DNA from: Paraglomus brasilianum
Taxonomy: Eukaryota
DNA length: 64,000 bases
Assembly: GCA_910592345.1 (NCBI GenBank)
Contig: CAJVPI010000023.1
Coordinates: 1-64,000 of the forward strand
Direction of reading: 5' to 3'
Position numbers and translations under genes: made by a program. Shown here piece after piece: positions 38,501-51,727 of this stretch; within the stretch, counting starts at the first letter, position 1; each line of letters starts with the position of its first letter. A model generated the notes under the pieces. It had not been told where the DNA came from. It worked only from the letters and a program-made list of their open reading frames with translations, and ran no database searches.

Positions 38501-40475
38501 TCCTGAATTTCATTGGTAAACAGTGTTTATCTCGTATTCGATAATTTTAATTCAGGAAATTTAGCCTTTCTCTTTTCCCGATAATCCATCTTTGTAAAGG
38601 CATAATCACATTAATATTAATATGTTGATTTGACATGTTGGGTTGCTGTGAAATGATATATAAATTATATATGCACATGTCCCCAACTAAACACTTTATG
38701 GAACACAACAGTCTTGATGTTGACAGTAAAACAATATGGAACAAGAGCGACAGTTTAAGGGGGGTCGCATCTGCAACTCACATCCTGCGAACGTTGAATT
38801 TCAAATGAATATTCAAGTCGAAAATTCATCCCAACAAAAGGAAGTTTCTAAACATGTTGTTAAAATGCAATTAATGGCGTTGGCATCGTTACGATAGTAA
38901 TCATTCGACAATTGATATGTATACAAGATCATGCAAGGCTTTAAGCCAGGCTGGAATATGCAATGTATTACAGGAAGGTCGTGACCAATCAACGTCAATA
39001 ATGATGATAGACATGCACGAACGATTACCAAAGGAATAATCTGCATTTTACTTTGTTAGATTTTATTCCCTGAGAAAAATAATGTTGTGCTATTATAATG
39101 TCGTGCCATTATTTTCCCTCACACTACAACGGAAAAAAAATACAAGCCATTTGCAACGGTAGCATTATATTATGCCATAATATATCGTACTTGCAGACCG
39201 CAGTAGACGTGTTCTAGATTATCATAATAAAACCGGCGTTATTTTAGGCAAAAATCACTTATCATCATTACCGTTGTATGACGTAACGGGATTTGTATCA
39301 CTAGTAAATAAGAGAGCATGGCTTGAATGATGAAATCTACTTTCACACGTACAAGAGTGACGCTTTGCATCCTTGTGTTATCACCAAATCTTTTTTGTTG
39401 ATTATTGTCTTTGTCATCAGGGCAGCAAACTCTTCTCGACATTGAGAATTGCCATAAAAGCATTCAGTTTAATATCGTGAAACATTTGCATAGACAAGAT
39501 GACAATTGGTTTATCGGTCATTGTCGAGCAGCAGAATATCCGCACGTATTGCTGAATCCTTAATCAGGTCTGCATTCTAATCAGGGGTCGTAACTATGGT
39601 TTTGAACGAACATGTTAGAGAGGCTAAATGAGATTGGTTGTTACCCACAATTGCATGAAATATTTGACTTTACATGGCATTTAGCATATGAAGAATAAAG
39701 CAACATCGTTATTTCGAGACTTGACATACAAAGGCAAAGCGCGAACAGTAGTAAAAAAACATGAATGTCAGTTCTGGTTTATACCACTAGACCGGAGGAA
39801 CCATCAAAAGGCAAACTAGCATTGATAATAAAATTGAACTTTTTAGATATGATGGCTAGAATATTAAACAATATGGTTAATGAGAAGAATAGTCACGTAG
39901 TAAGAAACCTTTGTAAACGTTTAGCGGCCCCATTTTGAACCAAAAGTTTAGCGTTCCTCTTGATTATTTAATCTGGTCTATTAAGCATGTCAGCCGTAGA
40001 AAGTGAGTTACAAATTGCAAGTCAGTCTCATAAATTTTCGACAACAAGCATAATTTGTAATACGTAACACATTATTTAAGTTTAACTGGTTGATCACAAC
40101 TCGTGCGGTAACAATTCATATTATATATCGTATGATCCGTCATTGAACTAATCATTGAGCATGTCAGTAGATCATACGATTAGAGTAGTATCATGTTATT
40201 ACGCCATCAGTATCATGTCATTAGAACCATAATATTAAAAAGTAACTCTTTACAAATAAGTACGAATAGTTCTGTATTGTCAGGGATAAAATATTTGCAA
40301 CGTCGGATAATAAAAAAGCAGGCCGATTTTTTAAGACAAGCTAGTCTACAGGAATACTTGATGACAATAGTAATAATAATGGTTTAATATGTTATCACAT
40401 GATCGCGACAATCAGAGGCCAGCTGGCTTATCGAGAATTTGGGTTTCAAAAATTTTTTGTCAAGCTATAATTACA

Positions 40476-40810
40476 GTAACTATAACGTAAAATTAACAGG
40501 CTCAAAGAAATTGTCCCATACTTTTTAAATACCTACCAAAAATCAAGTCCTTTTCTTTATAGAAAAACATCTCGACTACATAAAATTAATGCTATAGAAA
40601 TAGCTCAAATCATTAACAACATAAACCTACCATTAATTGTTTGATATTTTTGTCATCATATTTTTGTAGCCTTGGAAAGTCTTATTTTTAATTTTTTTGG
40701 TAAAGTATGCTAGGAATAATGCAAAATATGAACGTTTTTTGTCAACAATGAGGAACATATTTACTGTATTTTTATCCCTACCCAGTTAGAGTAGTGACGT
40801 TATAGTTTAC
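40476..40810. mobile_element. Possible decayed MITE
   Basis: GTAACTATAACGT (40476) is inverted to ACGTTATAGTTTAC (40797-40810) with one indel; weak further similarity inward. Confidence 0.3.
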
Positions 40811-40844
40811 CAAAGTTTTTTTTGTTTTTTTTTTTTTTGCTTTA

Positions 40845-41244
40845 AGTGGTCACTCACGAAATTTACTAGTAAATATATAAAAAGTCTTTATTTCAAAAAA
40901 AATTGCAACGTATGTACTATGCAAACGACAATAGTTTTTGTATGGTTTTGAAGCTAATTGATTGTGCTTTTTGAAAGCAATAACAATAGAGTTCTATACT
41001 CTTATTATGAAGCTGTAGCTCAGCAGCTGTGATGTAAAAAAAATACGAATATATATGTGTGCACATATACGTGACTGCATTGAGCTTTATAACGGAAATA
41101 TATTGTTATTACTTTCGAAAAGCACAATCAATTAACTCAAACCCATACAAAAACTATTGTCATTTACATAGTATACATTGGCGTGTAAAATTTTTTGAAA
41201 ATAAAGACTTTTTATATTTACTAATAATTTCGTGAGTAACCACT
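40845..41244. mobile_element. 400-bp foldback/MITE element with long (~150-175 bp) imperfect terminal inverted repeats
   Basis: AGTGGTCACTCACGAAATT..TAGTAAATAT..AAAAAGTCTTTATTTCAAAAAA..GACAATAGTTTTTGTATGG..TAATTGATTGTGCTTTT..AATAACAATA is mirrored in reverse complement, ending ATTTCGTGAGTAACCACT. No clear TSD. Confidence 0.85.
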
Positions 41245-41870
41245 CACTTTTGTCCAGGCAGTGTAGCATCTTGATAACGACTAATATATATTAATGCTTC
41301 AATCCGGTTTTATTCACAGCTTGCAGTAAATCTTTAACAGTCGGAGAGAAACTTAATTCGTTCTTAATATTTGGCAACATTTCTATCTAGCGCATATTAC
41401 CAAGTGCACATCAGATATGACATAAAATTCCACCAAACTCATTTTCTTATTATTATGGTGGCCTTTTCCCAAAATCTTTCAAAAAATTTACTAAAAATCG
41501 ATTTCTTGTTCAAGAATGGCTTTGCGTGATGCTCATACATTCAATATCAAAGGTGTTATTAGAACTAGCGATTCACTAAAAAATGTAAATGGTTGCTACT
41601 TAAAAGACTGCAAACAGTTATCTCAATTGCAAAACGTCTTTAATAAGCACCTTTGAGTTTTGCTATTTTAATAAAGAGATAAAAGTCAATTCTGACCTAT
41701 AGGGGAGCGAAATAAATGATGCATAATTTTATTACGACGCATTTTTTATTGTTTTAGAATTAAACAAAGTAAGACGTTTTATTTAAAAGGTGATCACCAG
41801 TGTAGCAAAGGTCTGTCAGCATGCTGAATCTTTTTTTGCGTTCTTGTTGTTCTAGAGCATGGTAAGCATG

Positions 41871-42072
41871 AGCACCCTTTCCAACGGCAATGACTTGACC
41901 TTCGTTGTATGTCTCTAACGATTTCTCTGGGATTAAAATTCCTGCCGCGGTTTTCTACATATAATAATGTTTATAACAGTTAGTGACCCAATACGAACTA
42001 TCTTTACACAAAGCGGGTTGATTTAATAAAGAATACCTGTTCTGCTTTGAGGCGTTGAATGAGTACTCGGTC
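41871..42072 (-). pseudogene. HSP10: Truncated HSP10 (cpn10) gene relic retaining an intron
   Basis: DRVLIQRLKAEQ | intron 42036-41955 (GT..CTAAC..TAG) | KTAAGILIPEKSLETYNEGQVIAVGKGA. The upstream PLL segment and the C-terminal half are missing. Confidence 0.8.
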
Positions 42073-42650
42073 AATGTTATTATGTAAAACAGTTATTACT
42101 ACCGTATTTTACCGCATATTATGAGACTTAGAAAAGAACTTACTTCGGAACGAAAGGGAGGCATTACCATGAGATTCAATCATAGTATCAAGTTATTTTG
42201 TTACCTCACTTAATTAGTGAGCATTTTTCTTCTGACTCATTAAAGGCAGATAAAACTGTGAAACAACAAAAAAAAAAAAAAACTGCCGACGCAAGAACGA
42301 CCGAAGAACGCCGCCACTCACGCCGGTAAATTCTTGGGATAATTCAGAGTAGCAAAATGAATAACATTGTGACAAGGTAAAGAGTTTTTTCGCCGCAAAT
42401 GAATTCGGCACGCGACAAAATAAAAAGGACAAACGCGAAATTACGACGGTAAAAGTCAAAAAAAAATTTTTATTTTTTTTTCTTCACATACACTACGTGT
42501 ATTAACCGTAAAATTTTAATTCATTGCCATAAGCTCAAATTAACGCTTAATTTTAAAGTATTATTTGCGCACGTCCGTCATAAGCTATTTAGCAGTAGTT
42601 GAAGCAAGTTGTAAATAGTTTTGTGCACTGAGATCGTGTTTTTTGACATT

Positions 42651-44330
42651 ATGAATCTGCAACAAGGTTCATTAAATCCTTCTAATATTGGCAGTCAGGA
42701 GGCGGTTGCCATGCATACAATCCGTATACGTTTTTGTATATGCTCCCAATTGTCAATGTAATAAAAAGATTTTAGCAGGGTCAAAACTGTTAAATTTTAC
42801 AGATTTACCATTTTTTTTATCAACGCTTGACTTTTCCCGTTCGCATTTCTACATTTGAAACAAGCAAGCCGATTATTAAAAAGCAAATTACAAAATTAAT
42901 GATATTATCTATCTAAAAATCTTTTTTGAGCAGTATTTGCATAATTTTTTATCCGATAGAACCAGTCAAAATAACTTTGATTAGCTACTTGCTTATTAAT
43001 TTGAAATTCTTGTTTGTTATCGCAATAAAAGACCAGACCAAAACAAAGTATTATCGATCAATTTGGTTTTTGTGTGTGTTTGATAGACAAAATTAATTGT
43101 TTTGAAATCCACTAAACACTCGGCCCCTGATAAAGAAACACGATCCGTACTAGTTTTTGTCTCGGAACAGTCAAATCGTATATCTTTCAACATTGATACT
43201 GTAGACATTTACCATTAACAAAAGCAAATAACGAAATATCCAATAATGAGTTTCCACTATTGAATTTTTTTGTGGGTTGATGATCAGACTTATCCTTGGG
43301 CTTTCAACTTACAACCAACTCAACAAGATAAATTACAATCGTTTGAGCAGTCGAGGCTGGAAAATTTAAATCTAAACTACTTGGTGAGGGGAACTATCTA
43401 AAGAGCATCGAAAACTTATTCGGTAAAAATGAATCAACCTAGAAGAAGAAGAAACTGATAATATTCAAAAAAAGTTAATATTCATCAGTGGTGTTGGGTC
43501 AAGTATTTTCCTCCCTCTAGTGACGCCATAATACGTACGTATTAATCTCGTAGACTATTACTATAAAGCCATTGTTAAAATAATGCATGATCTACAAAAT
43601 ACTGTACAATTGTTCTAGAATGTGACTCTTCTCAAGTCATAGAGACAAGTATTTTTGTTTAATTAATCTGGATAAAAATCTTTGTTTTATCCAATTACTT
43701 TGCTCCATGTCATGTGACTTTGTCTCTAATTATTGCATACCTCCTAGAGGAGTCTGGGCAAGTTGATAGAAAGGCATCTCATTTACACTGATAACTGGCA
43801 ACTTCGGATTCACCTCAAGTGTGTCCATTTCTATTTCCTGCATATGCATTCCCTTCAGATTCTGCAACTGACATAGAGTAAGGACAATGGTGATGAGCAC
43901 AGATTAAACTGATAGCGAATGTTTGTTCTGTTGGCGTAAATGCGTCTTGCACGACGTATATTTTGGGAGATGGCATCGGCACAATAAAGGCAAAGGAATG
44001 GCAAGCAGACGATGAATCGGCTTTTAACAGAGAACGAATTATGGTGAACACTTACGTCCGGATTTTTGGAAACCTAAAAACTACAGAGACGGAAAGATAC
44101 GTCGACCAAATCTACGCTCGAATCCATATGCAAGAATTCCCCGGCTTTAGACTCTCCTGATTGACTTCGTGAGAGCCTTCGTTATTGGACAACGCGCCGA
44201 CGCCTATTCTGCCAATCAAGGAAAAACCATTGCAACATCCGGTTTCTGACAAGCTCTTAAGTCTCATAATAGCAATAGAATGGAAAGCAATGCACAACAA
44301 TTGTGATGCTCATTGTCCGGATCCTGCTTC
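42651..44330 (+). pseudogene. Divergent RPA32 (Rfa2)-like OB-fold gene, apparently disrupted
   Basis: After an AG acceptor at 43902: IKLIANVCSVGVNASCTTYILGDGIGTIKAKEWQADDES...VNTYVRIFGNLKT (RPA32 consensus YxIxDGTGxIxVxxW ... NTYVRVxGxLK). Stops at 44158 and ~44170, then QHPVSDKLLSLII, which resembles a winged-helix start. Putative first exon MNLQQG..GSQEAVAMHTIR at 42651 is less certain. Confidence 0.55.
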
Positions 44331-45123
44331 TTCACAGCTCCCTCAACAAATAGCTGTAGGAACATCGATTTTGAGCTCAGTTCCTGTGAAAGATATATAC
44401 TGTAACATCAATATTGGAACAATATAGAGAAACAACAATAGCAACAGGAAATATTACCGTCCTCGGGACAGTTTATCTTTCATCACGATTCGCCGTTGGA
44501 AACTGCGATCCTCCTTTCCATTGCAACTGACATTATGGCTCTACAACTTTGCATGTCGTTTCAATCATAGAAAAGACTGTCAGCGTTTCTGATTAAGCCG
44601 ACAATAGAGAATTCGTGATGCGATACGTTCCTCTCATTATAACACCCCCATATTCTATACTCCGTCAGACACTCCCGAGTGTTACCTCGTCAACAGGAGC
44701 CCTGATTTCACTGCTATCGATAACGCATGCTATAACAAAGATGCAATGCTTAAGAGAGAGAGTAACTGACGGTATGTATCTATCATTCCATAGCTGTACG
44801 TAGTTCACACCCAATATTATTAACAGACGATCGACGGATTGCTGTCACTGCTATGTCATGTGGATTGCAAAGCTTTAACTGCTTGTCGAAACTTTATTGT
44901 TATATTACTGTATTACATATGGCATGATTAAGTTGTAATAATTCAATCTTTTTTATGTTGGGGTTTGCTAATGCTATAGAAGGGAAGGTAATCGGTTCGC
45001 TCCATGCATAACATAGGGGGATTTGATAGTATTTACGATTACTATATTATTGTTGATTTATCGAATTAAACAAAAATTCTGTAACCTCTGCGTTTACGTG
45101 GTAGACGGTGTATGCAAGAGATC

Positions 45124-46035
45124 TCAGAGATCTCGTAGTTGACTAGCAACCTTATTGAGATATGCTTGAAGTCGTAGCCAGCGGTTTACAAAATTCTCTA
45201 ATGCCTCTGGACTTTCAAGAGGTGTTAAAGGTATTGTAAAACTCTCTAGCACACGTACTCGATAATATACCCAATAAGGCCTGTCTAACACTGCGATCTT
45301 AATCTCAAGGCAATGAACCTGCACATGCGTACCAACTTGACCCAATCCAAAAGAAACTTTGAAACGTCAGCTATAGGACGTGAGCACTCCAAAATAATAT
45401 TTCCAGATTTCCGTGGGAGGTGGGAAGTGTGGGAGGAGGGTGGTAGTGTGGTTTGGGAGTACGCAACGGATAGCTCTATCCCGCCAGGACTGGGCGGGAT
45501 GGATTCTCCTTCGCGAAGGTCTGATAGATTTTGTTTCCTTTTAATTCTGAGGTTTGCGTTGCTATTCTTGCCACGCAGGGCATCCTCATCCTTTGTGAAT
45601 GCTGCTCTTCGTTGTTTTCTTTCTTCATGGTACATGACACGGGACGCGTGATTTAAATAATAATAATAATGTCAAGCGACACCCAATCCTTGAGGATTTT
45701 TTTGTCCTCTTCGGTATACGCGGTCCGTTTTTTTATCAGTATGTTCTCCCCTTATAATCTCTCGTCGCCTTATCCTAACCATGGTATTGATCTGTGTAAT
45801 CGCTTAATAACTCTGTCAACCATTCTGATTGATAGTCTGGCTGCTGGGATATTCCACACCCGCGAGTAAAGTGCCTCGTCGCCAAGTGTCCTGCAGCATG
45901 TTCAACAGCTGTAGCCCTAAGCTCCAAAACAACCATTGGCCTTCCAGACTGTGTTGGGTTAGGTATGAGCATAATAATAATGGGATAGGAAGTAAACAAC
46001 GAAAAGTTTGCTGACGTACTCCTACGCCGCGCCAT
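45124..46035 (-). pseudogene. Frameshifted gene of a fungal restriction-endonuclease-fold (Crinkler C-terminal-like) family
   Basis: Pieces in different frames (ILECSRPIADVSKFLLDWVKLVRM; VQVHCLEIKIAVLDRPYWVYYRVRVLESFTIP) resemble the ExS...KxxxDxxKL / GIQxxGxxxxxxxLD...Y..IP pattern. In-frame stops lie upstream. Confidence 0.5.
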
Positions 46036-46888
46036 TTATAGCAGCCCGCAGTACAAAGATCGACACACTGTGAAACATTGCCCGCTACAAAGTAAAAAGT
46101 AGCGCGAGCATTTCATAGTAATAGATTGTTAGCCTATAATGTCTCGTTAGTTAGTGGAACGGTAGAAATGTATATAAGCGCATCTAATTCACGCTAGCTA
46201 ACATTATCTTCAGCATGGTTTAGAGCATAGCTCTTGGATCTTAGCATTCCTTCAGTCGCAATGTATTTGTTATTGGTTTAGCTCTTATTATTATTAGCAT
46301 AATAAACCGTATTTTTATTGGAAGATAAAGTATACTATTGATTACGACGTGCAAACCGTTTGATATCTTGTCCATTCAACAACGAATTGGCAAAATACGA
46401 TTGCTAATTAATTGTCTACAAACGCGCTTACTTTAGGATAGAAATTTCCTTTATTGAACCTACAAGCTATCGAAATTAATTATACTGCAGCTTAATTGGC
46501 TATCGAGAGTCTGCGTATACAAGACCGAACGTAAGAGTTGTGAGTATTTAAACCCAATTAAAAGATCACTAGTTGTAATTATAATTGGCCAAGTAGAGGT
46601 AACCGGCCTCGTTTAAATCCCAAGGCACTGACAGAGACTTTAACGGATTTAACTTTCACTTAAAAATTTCTAAGCTTTTAGTTTATCTTGTTGAGCTGGT
46701 TGTAAGTTAAATATGAAGCGAAAGCCCAAGGATAAGTCCGAAGAAATTCACGATCTCTATTAACAAAATTTGTGCGTGTTCGCTTTCCAATTTTGTGCTT
46801 TATGTACCCCTGAAATCTTTTTGTGGCGCTATATTTTGCCTAATATTTTAATATCGCCACTTGTAGTGCTTTACGGACAAACATTAAC

Positions 46889-49800
46889 ATGTTTTCTATA
46901 TCAATACTGATACTGCTTCTACTGGGCTCTCCTTTCATAAGCGGACTTACAGAAAAGAGAAGAACCGAGCTGAGGTGAACGATCAAATGGAAACGGTCAA
47001 TGTGATAGTGGCGTTCACTAAGAATACTATGCCTAATTGTTGGGTTTCTTTCGTTCTTTCGTAGGGACTACACGAAGGTGCTACTTTCTGTTTCCATGAT
47101 AACAACTGTTGTAAAAGCTCCTCGGATTTAGTTGTTGAACAAGCATTCCTCACATTTCGACACAAAATTAGGAAATGTTCTATCATGGATTCGATAACTA
47201 TATGGAATATGCTTTTCCAATGGACGAGGTAACCTGAATCAGCCGATACTTAACTTTTGGTCAACGATATATGCTTTTTGAGATATATAATTTTTTATCT
47301 TCCTCGACCGATCTCGCGTGTTAGCTAGATCCGATACATTGCGTTGGACGAGGACGTGACAAGCAAAATCCGCAAGTGTTAAGCCGTGTGTTCTTCAATG
47401 ATTGTACTATCAGTTATTGTATTCAACCGGTCGAACTTTATTCTTATTTTTATCTCACTTCTCTGTATCAGAGATAACATCGTTATTAACGATGTCTTGG
47501 GAGATTTCTCATTGACGCTCGTGGATTCTTTGGACACGTTTGTCGTAAGAGATTAATTTTATCATTATCAAGCGGATATTTTATATGTTGATTTCTTTGT
47601 TTATCAATTTTTATTTTTCATATCAGATTCTTGACGACAAGAAAAGATTTGAGGATGCTGTCAGACTGGTTATAGATAACGTGTCATTTGATGTTGACAG
47701 CAAAGTCCAAGTATTTGAAGTAAACATACGCGTATTAGGCGCATTAGTAAGTACGATTACTCGTTTACGATCGAGATTTCTCGATTTACTTGAGATTAAT
47801 TAATTCTGTTATTTTAGTTGTCTGCGCACTTGTTCGCGATAGATAAGCGATTTGGATATGAAATTGATTGGTACAAAGGAGAACTATTAGAGATGGCTTA
47901 TGACTTGGGAGAGAGATTATTGCCTGCCTTCGCGCATACCAAAACGGGGATCCCGTATCCAAGGGTTTGTCTATTAAGAATATTACGTTGAAGGAGAGTT
48001 GGACAAGCAAAGGAAGAGAACTTACACGAATTTATTGCTCTATGATATACAGGTCAACCTAAAATATGGATTACCAAGGGATGAGATAGAGGAGACTTGT
48101 ACAGCCGGAGCTGGCTCATTAATCTTGGAATTCGGTACTCTTAGCAGATTAACCAATGATACCCGATTTGAAGTATGTCAGTCATGCTGTCAATCTGTAA
48201 ACTGTTTGTCAGTTCGTTCTTAACATTATTTGTAACTCTCTTCCATCAGAACGCAGCGAAGAAAGCTTTATATGCACTATGGAATAGACGCACGGAATCG
48301 GATCTCGTCGGAAACGTAATAGACATTCAAACAGGCCATTGGATTCACATAGCCTCTGGAATAGGAGCAGGAATAGACTCATTTTTTGAATATCTCCTCA
48401 AATCGTATACGTTATTTGGTGAAGCAGAATATTACGAAGTGTTCTTGCAAGCATACACGGCAATTATGAAACATGTCAGAGACGGCAGCGGATATGTATA
48501 TCAGAATATTAACATGTATAATAGAGGAATAATGTCATCTTGGGTGGATAGTCTAGCAGCCTATTTTCCAGGTTTGCAGGTGAAACAGCGATAACTTCGC
48601 TCTTGGATCGTATAGTGAACTCGATCTAGTATTAATGATATTATCTGTAGGTATTGGCAGGCGATGTGGAAAATGCAATCAAATTGCATTTACTATATTA
48701 CAACATTTGGAAGAAATATCATGCATTGCCAGAAAGGTTTAATTATCATCTACAGAGACCAGAAATAGTGTCATACCCATTACGACCAGAATTCATTGAA
48801 TCCACGTATTTCTTGTACAGAGTAAGAAGGCCAGATATTTTGTGACGACTTTATCTGAGTATGCTCGTCTTGTACTTACTACGTCTTGACTACAATAGGC
48901 CACACGTAATCCATTCTATTTGAGTGTGGGAGAAATGGTCGTGAACGACTTGGAGCGTTATCGCACGGATTGTGGATATGCCAGTGTGAGAGATATTCTT
49001 GAGGGGGAACTTGATCCACGCATGGAAAGCTTTTTATTGAGCGAAACGTTCAAGTATTTGTATCTATTATTTGATGTTGGTAAGTTTTACACAAGTTTTC
49101 ATGCAAATCGCTAAGACTTGCGTACGATAGAAAAGTCAACACGCTCTTTTAATAGATAACAAGTTTAATACGCTGGATACCAATGTTGTATTTACGACCG
49201 GTAAGGAATGTAAAGTGATGCATACACCGTAGAATGAACAAGACTTTCGACCATTAAACCATTCATACTGTCTGACAGAGGCACACATCCTCATGCTCTC
49301 AACCACCTACCTCAAATTCCAACCTTCGATAATCCAAAAACACGACCCCAGCCTCGAAATGCCAACCTGCCCTCGTTATACTCCACAACCTGGACTTCTC
49401 TCCAGCATCCTGGATAGACCTGATGCGGATTACGCGAGAGCGCTGGTTGGTCTCGACGCCGACACTATCATACCGCATGCACGAGGATACTGCGAGGCGG
49501 TTTCTACCTCGCCGCATGTAATTGAAGTGAGTTTTGGAGAACGTTTGCCAGAAAATTATAAACCAATGCCGCCGACAAAGTTCGATGGCGGAGTGATTAT
49601 TGATCAGTTGACTGGTATTAAATTGGAGTTGACTAAGCGTTCCGATAGGAATGGATACAATATATCAAAAGGTAAAAAATGTACAAGTGGTAGAGAGAAT
49701 GAAAAGGGAATTGGGGTTTTCTAGTGGATGTAATGGGATTTTTTGAACGAGAGACTAACGTTAATATTTTGGTATGTCTTTGATTCGCAGTGAATGATTA

Positions 49801-50569
49801 CAGGTATGTCCAAAAAAAAAAAAGAAGAAATTCACCGATTAACAAACTACCGTTTCAGTTTACTTTAAGTGACTTGATTCTCATTGTCCATCCACACAGA
49901 ATTGCTCCTGGAGAAGTTCTGGAAATACGTGACCCATCGATAAAGGAACATTGGCTAAAGCAACAAAGTTATTCCAAAATTACGCTCCGACTTTATCGCC
50001 CTTCTTTACACGACTATACCGACATTTCTGGCGTAACTGCCTCGTTCTCACCGACCGTTCATCACTATTTTCCTCATCCTCTTTACAATCTTCACCACTT
50101 GCCGAAAACTCCGTACGGTTGTTCTCCTTACTCATCATCTGAAAAATATATGCTGCGGAACTCGTATATTGTTGTAAAGCGTGGGGAATGTACTTTCTAT
50201 GAAAAAGCTATTCATGCGCAGGATGCCGGTGCCAGAGCGGTGATAGTAGTCTCAGATGAAAACCACTTGTTTCAACCTGCGATGCCATCGGAGAATATAT
50301 TAGAAGAAGTTAGCATTACGTGCTTGTTGGTTACTAAGGAAAGCGGCGACATTATTGAGCGAGCATTAGAAGATGCAGGCAAAAATGAAATTCAGGAGGG
50401 AGTAATCGAAAACGTGATTTCAGATGAAGGTAACGGAGAAAGTGAAACCAAGGCCTCATTGTTACCACCAGAGACAAACATGGGGAGTGTTGTTGTTGGG
50501 AATGATTTTTATTTGGCTATCTATGACCATATAGTGCATAATATTAAATTAAATCTAAATGGGCAGTAA
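46889..50569 (+). CDS. MNL1: EDEM/Htm1-Mnl1-type GH47 alpha-1,2-mannosidase-like protein with PA domain (multi-exon)
   Basis: Signal peptide [19 protein letters not shown]. Motifs [111 protein letters not shown] domain [25 protein letters not shown]. Confidence 0.93.
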
Positions 50570-51093
50570 CCCTTTAGGATTTATTTCTGAGAGACTATAG
50601 AAATTAGCATAATAAAAATTCAGACAAGTTGGGAAAGTGAGTGTTGAAATTTTGAAGTGAGAATAACTTGATTTTGTAGCATGTAAATATCACAAAATGA
50701 GAGAGAGACTGTGGGGACTGGTGTATTGTGCTTTTATCTTAGCGTAAGACTAATTTATAACAGAGATCAGTGTTTCTATCTTCATTCGAAGACTGTTAAT
50801 TCGTTCAGGTATGCTAACTCCAAATCTGGCCGGGGAGAATTGATCACAGTAACTCGATGTTAATACTGTGTTGATTATATTCTATGATACATTAGCAGTG
50901 CAAAGCAGACAATAAGTTTTAGAATGTATATTTGCATAAAAGAAATCCACCAAATACAAGCAGAGCTAACATCTCGTCGTTAGCTAATGTGTTTCCGTTG
51001 CGGTATAATTTTTATCCCTCTCTCAACGGTCACACGGTCGACTCTAAGGAAGGGTGACGGATTCCCTATAGCTTTATGAGGTGCTTATGCTCA

Positions 51094-51383
51094 CATAATC
51101 TACACGTTTGTTAAGCGTATCTGTTCTCAATGTGTGTGCAAAAAATTGGCACGGAATATTAAGTACGATCTGAATTTGACTATACCGATTCGTTTGATCC
51201 TTCAAATACGCGAAATCAATTTTCATCGTCGATTCAACAACTGAGAATCCGATACTCATATAATTTACACGTTTGTTAAGCGTAACTGCCAATGTATGTG
51301 CAAAAAATTGGCACGATCTGCATTTGACTATACTAATACCGATTGGTTTAGTTTTTCGAAGACGCGAATCAATTTTCGTTGTT
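51094..51383 (+). repeat. Diverged ~165-bp tandem duplication
   Basis: CATAAT.TACACGTTTGTTAAGCGTA..TGTGCAAAAAATTGGCACG..GATCTG.ATTTGACTATAC..ACGCGAA.TCAATTTTC occurs at ~51094 and ~51258. Confidence 0.85.
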
Positions 51384-51727
51384 AATCATCACGATCAGAA
51401 TCGATATGAAAGTTCAAAAAGCAGATCTTAATAAAGCTGCCATTCATATGAAGAGTTGACCCAATAATATTAACAAAGGAATGGGTAAACGGTATCATCA
51501 GAATCACAGACCAATGAAGGACGTGCATGTCAAGCGGCCGGACATTGGAAAATAAATTATTATTTTTGTAGATGTTACACAAGACAGAGATATTTGATTA
51601 TTAATTATGGGAGGTGACGTAATAGTAAGCCGTCGTACGAAACACAAACACGTTCGCCATTGTCGTGTATCTGGGGCATACCTACAACGTGTTCACAAAC
51701 TTGGTATTTTTCTTTGACCTGCCAATA

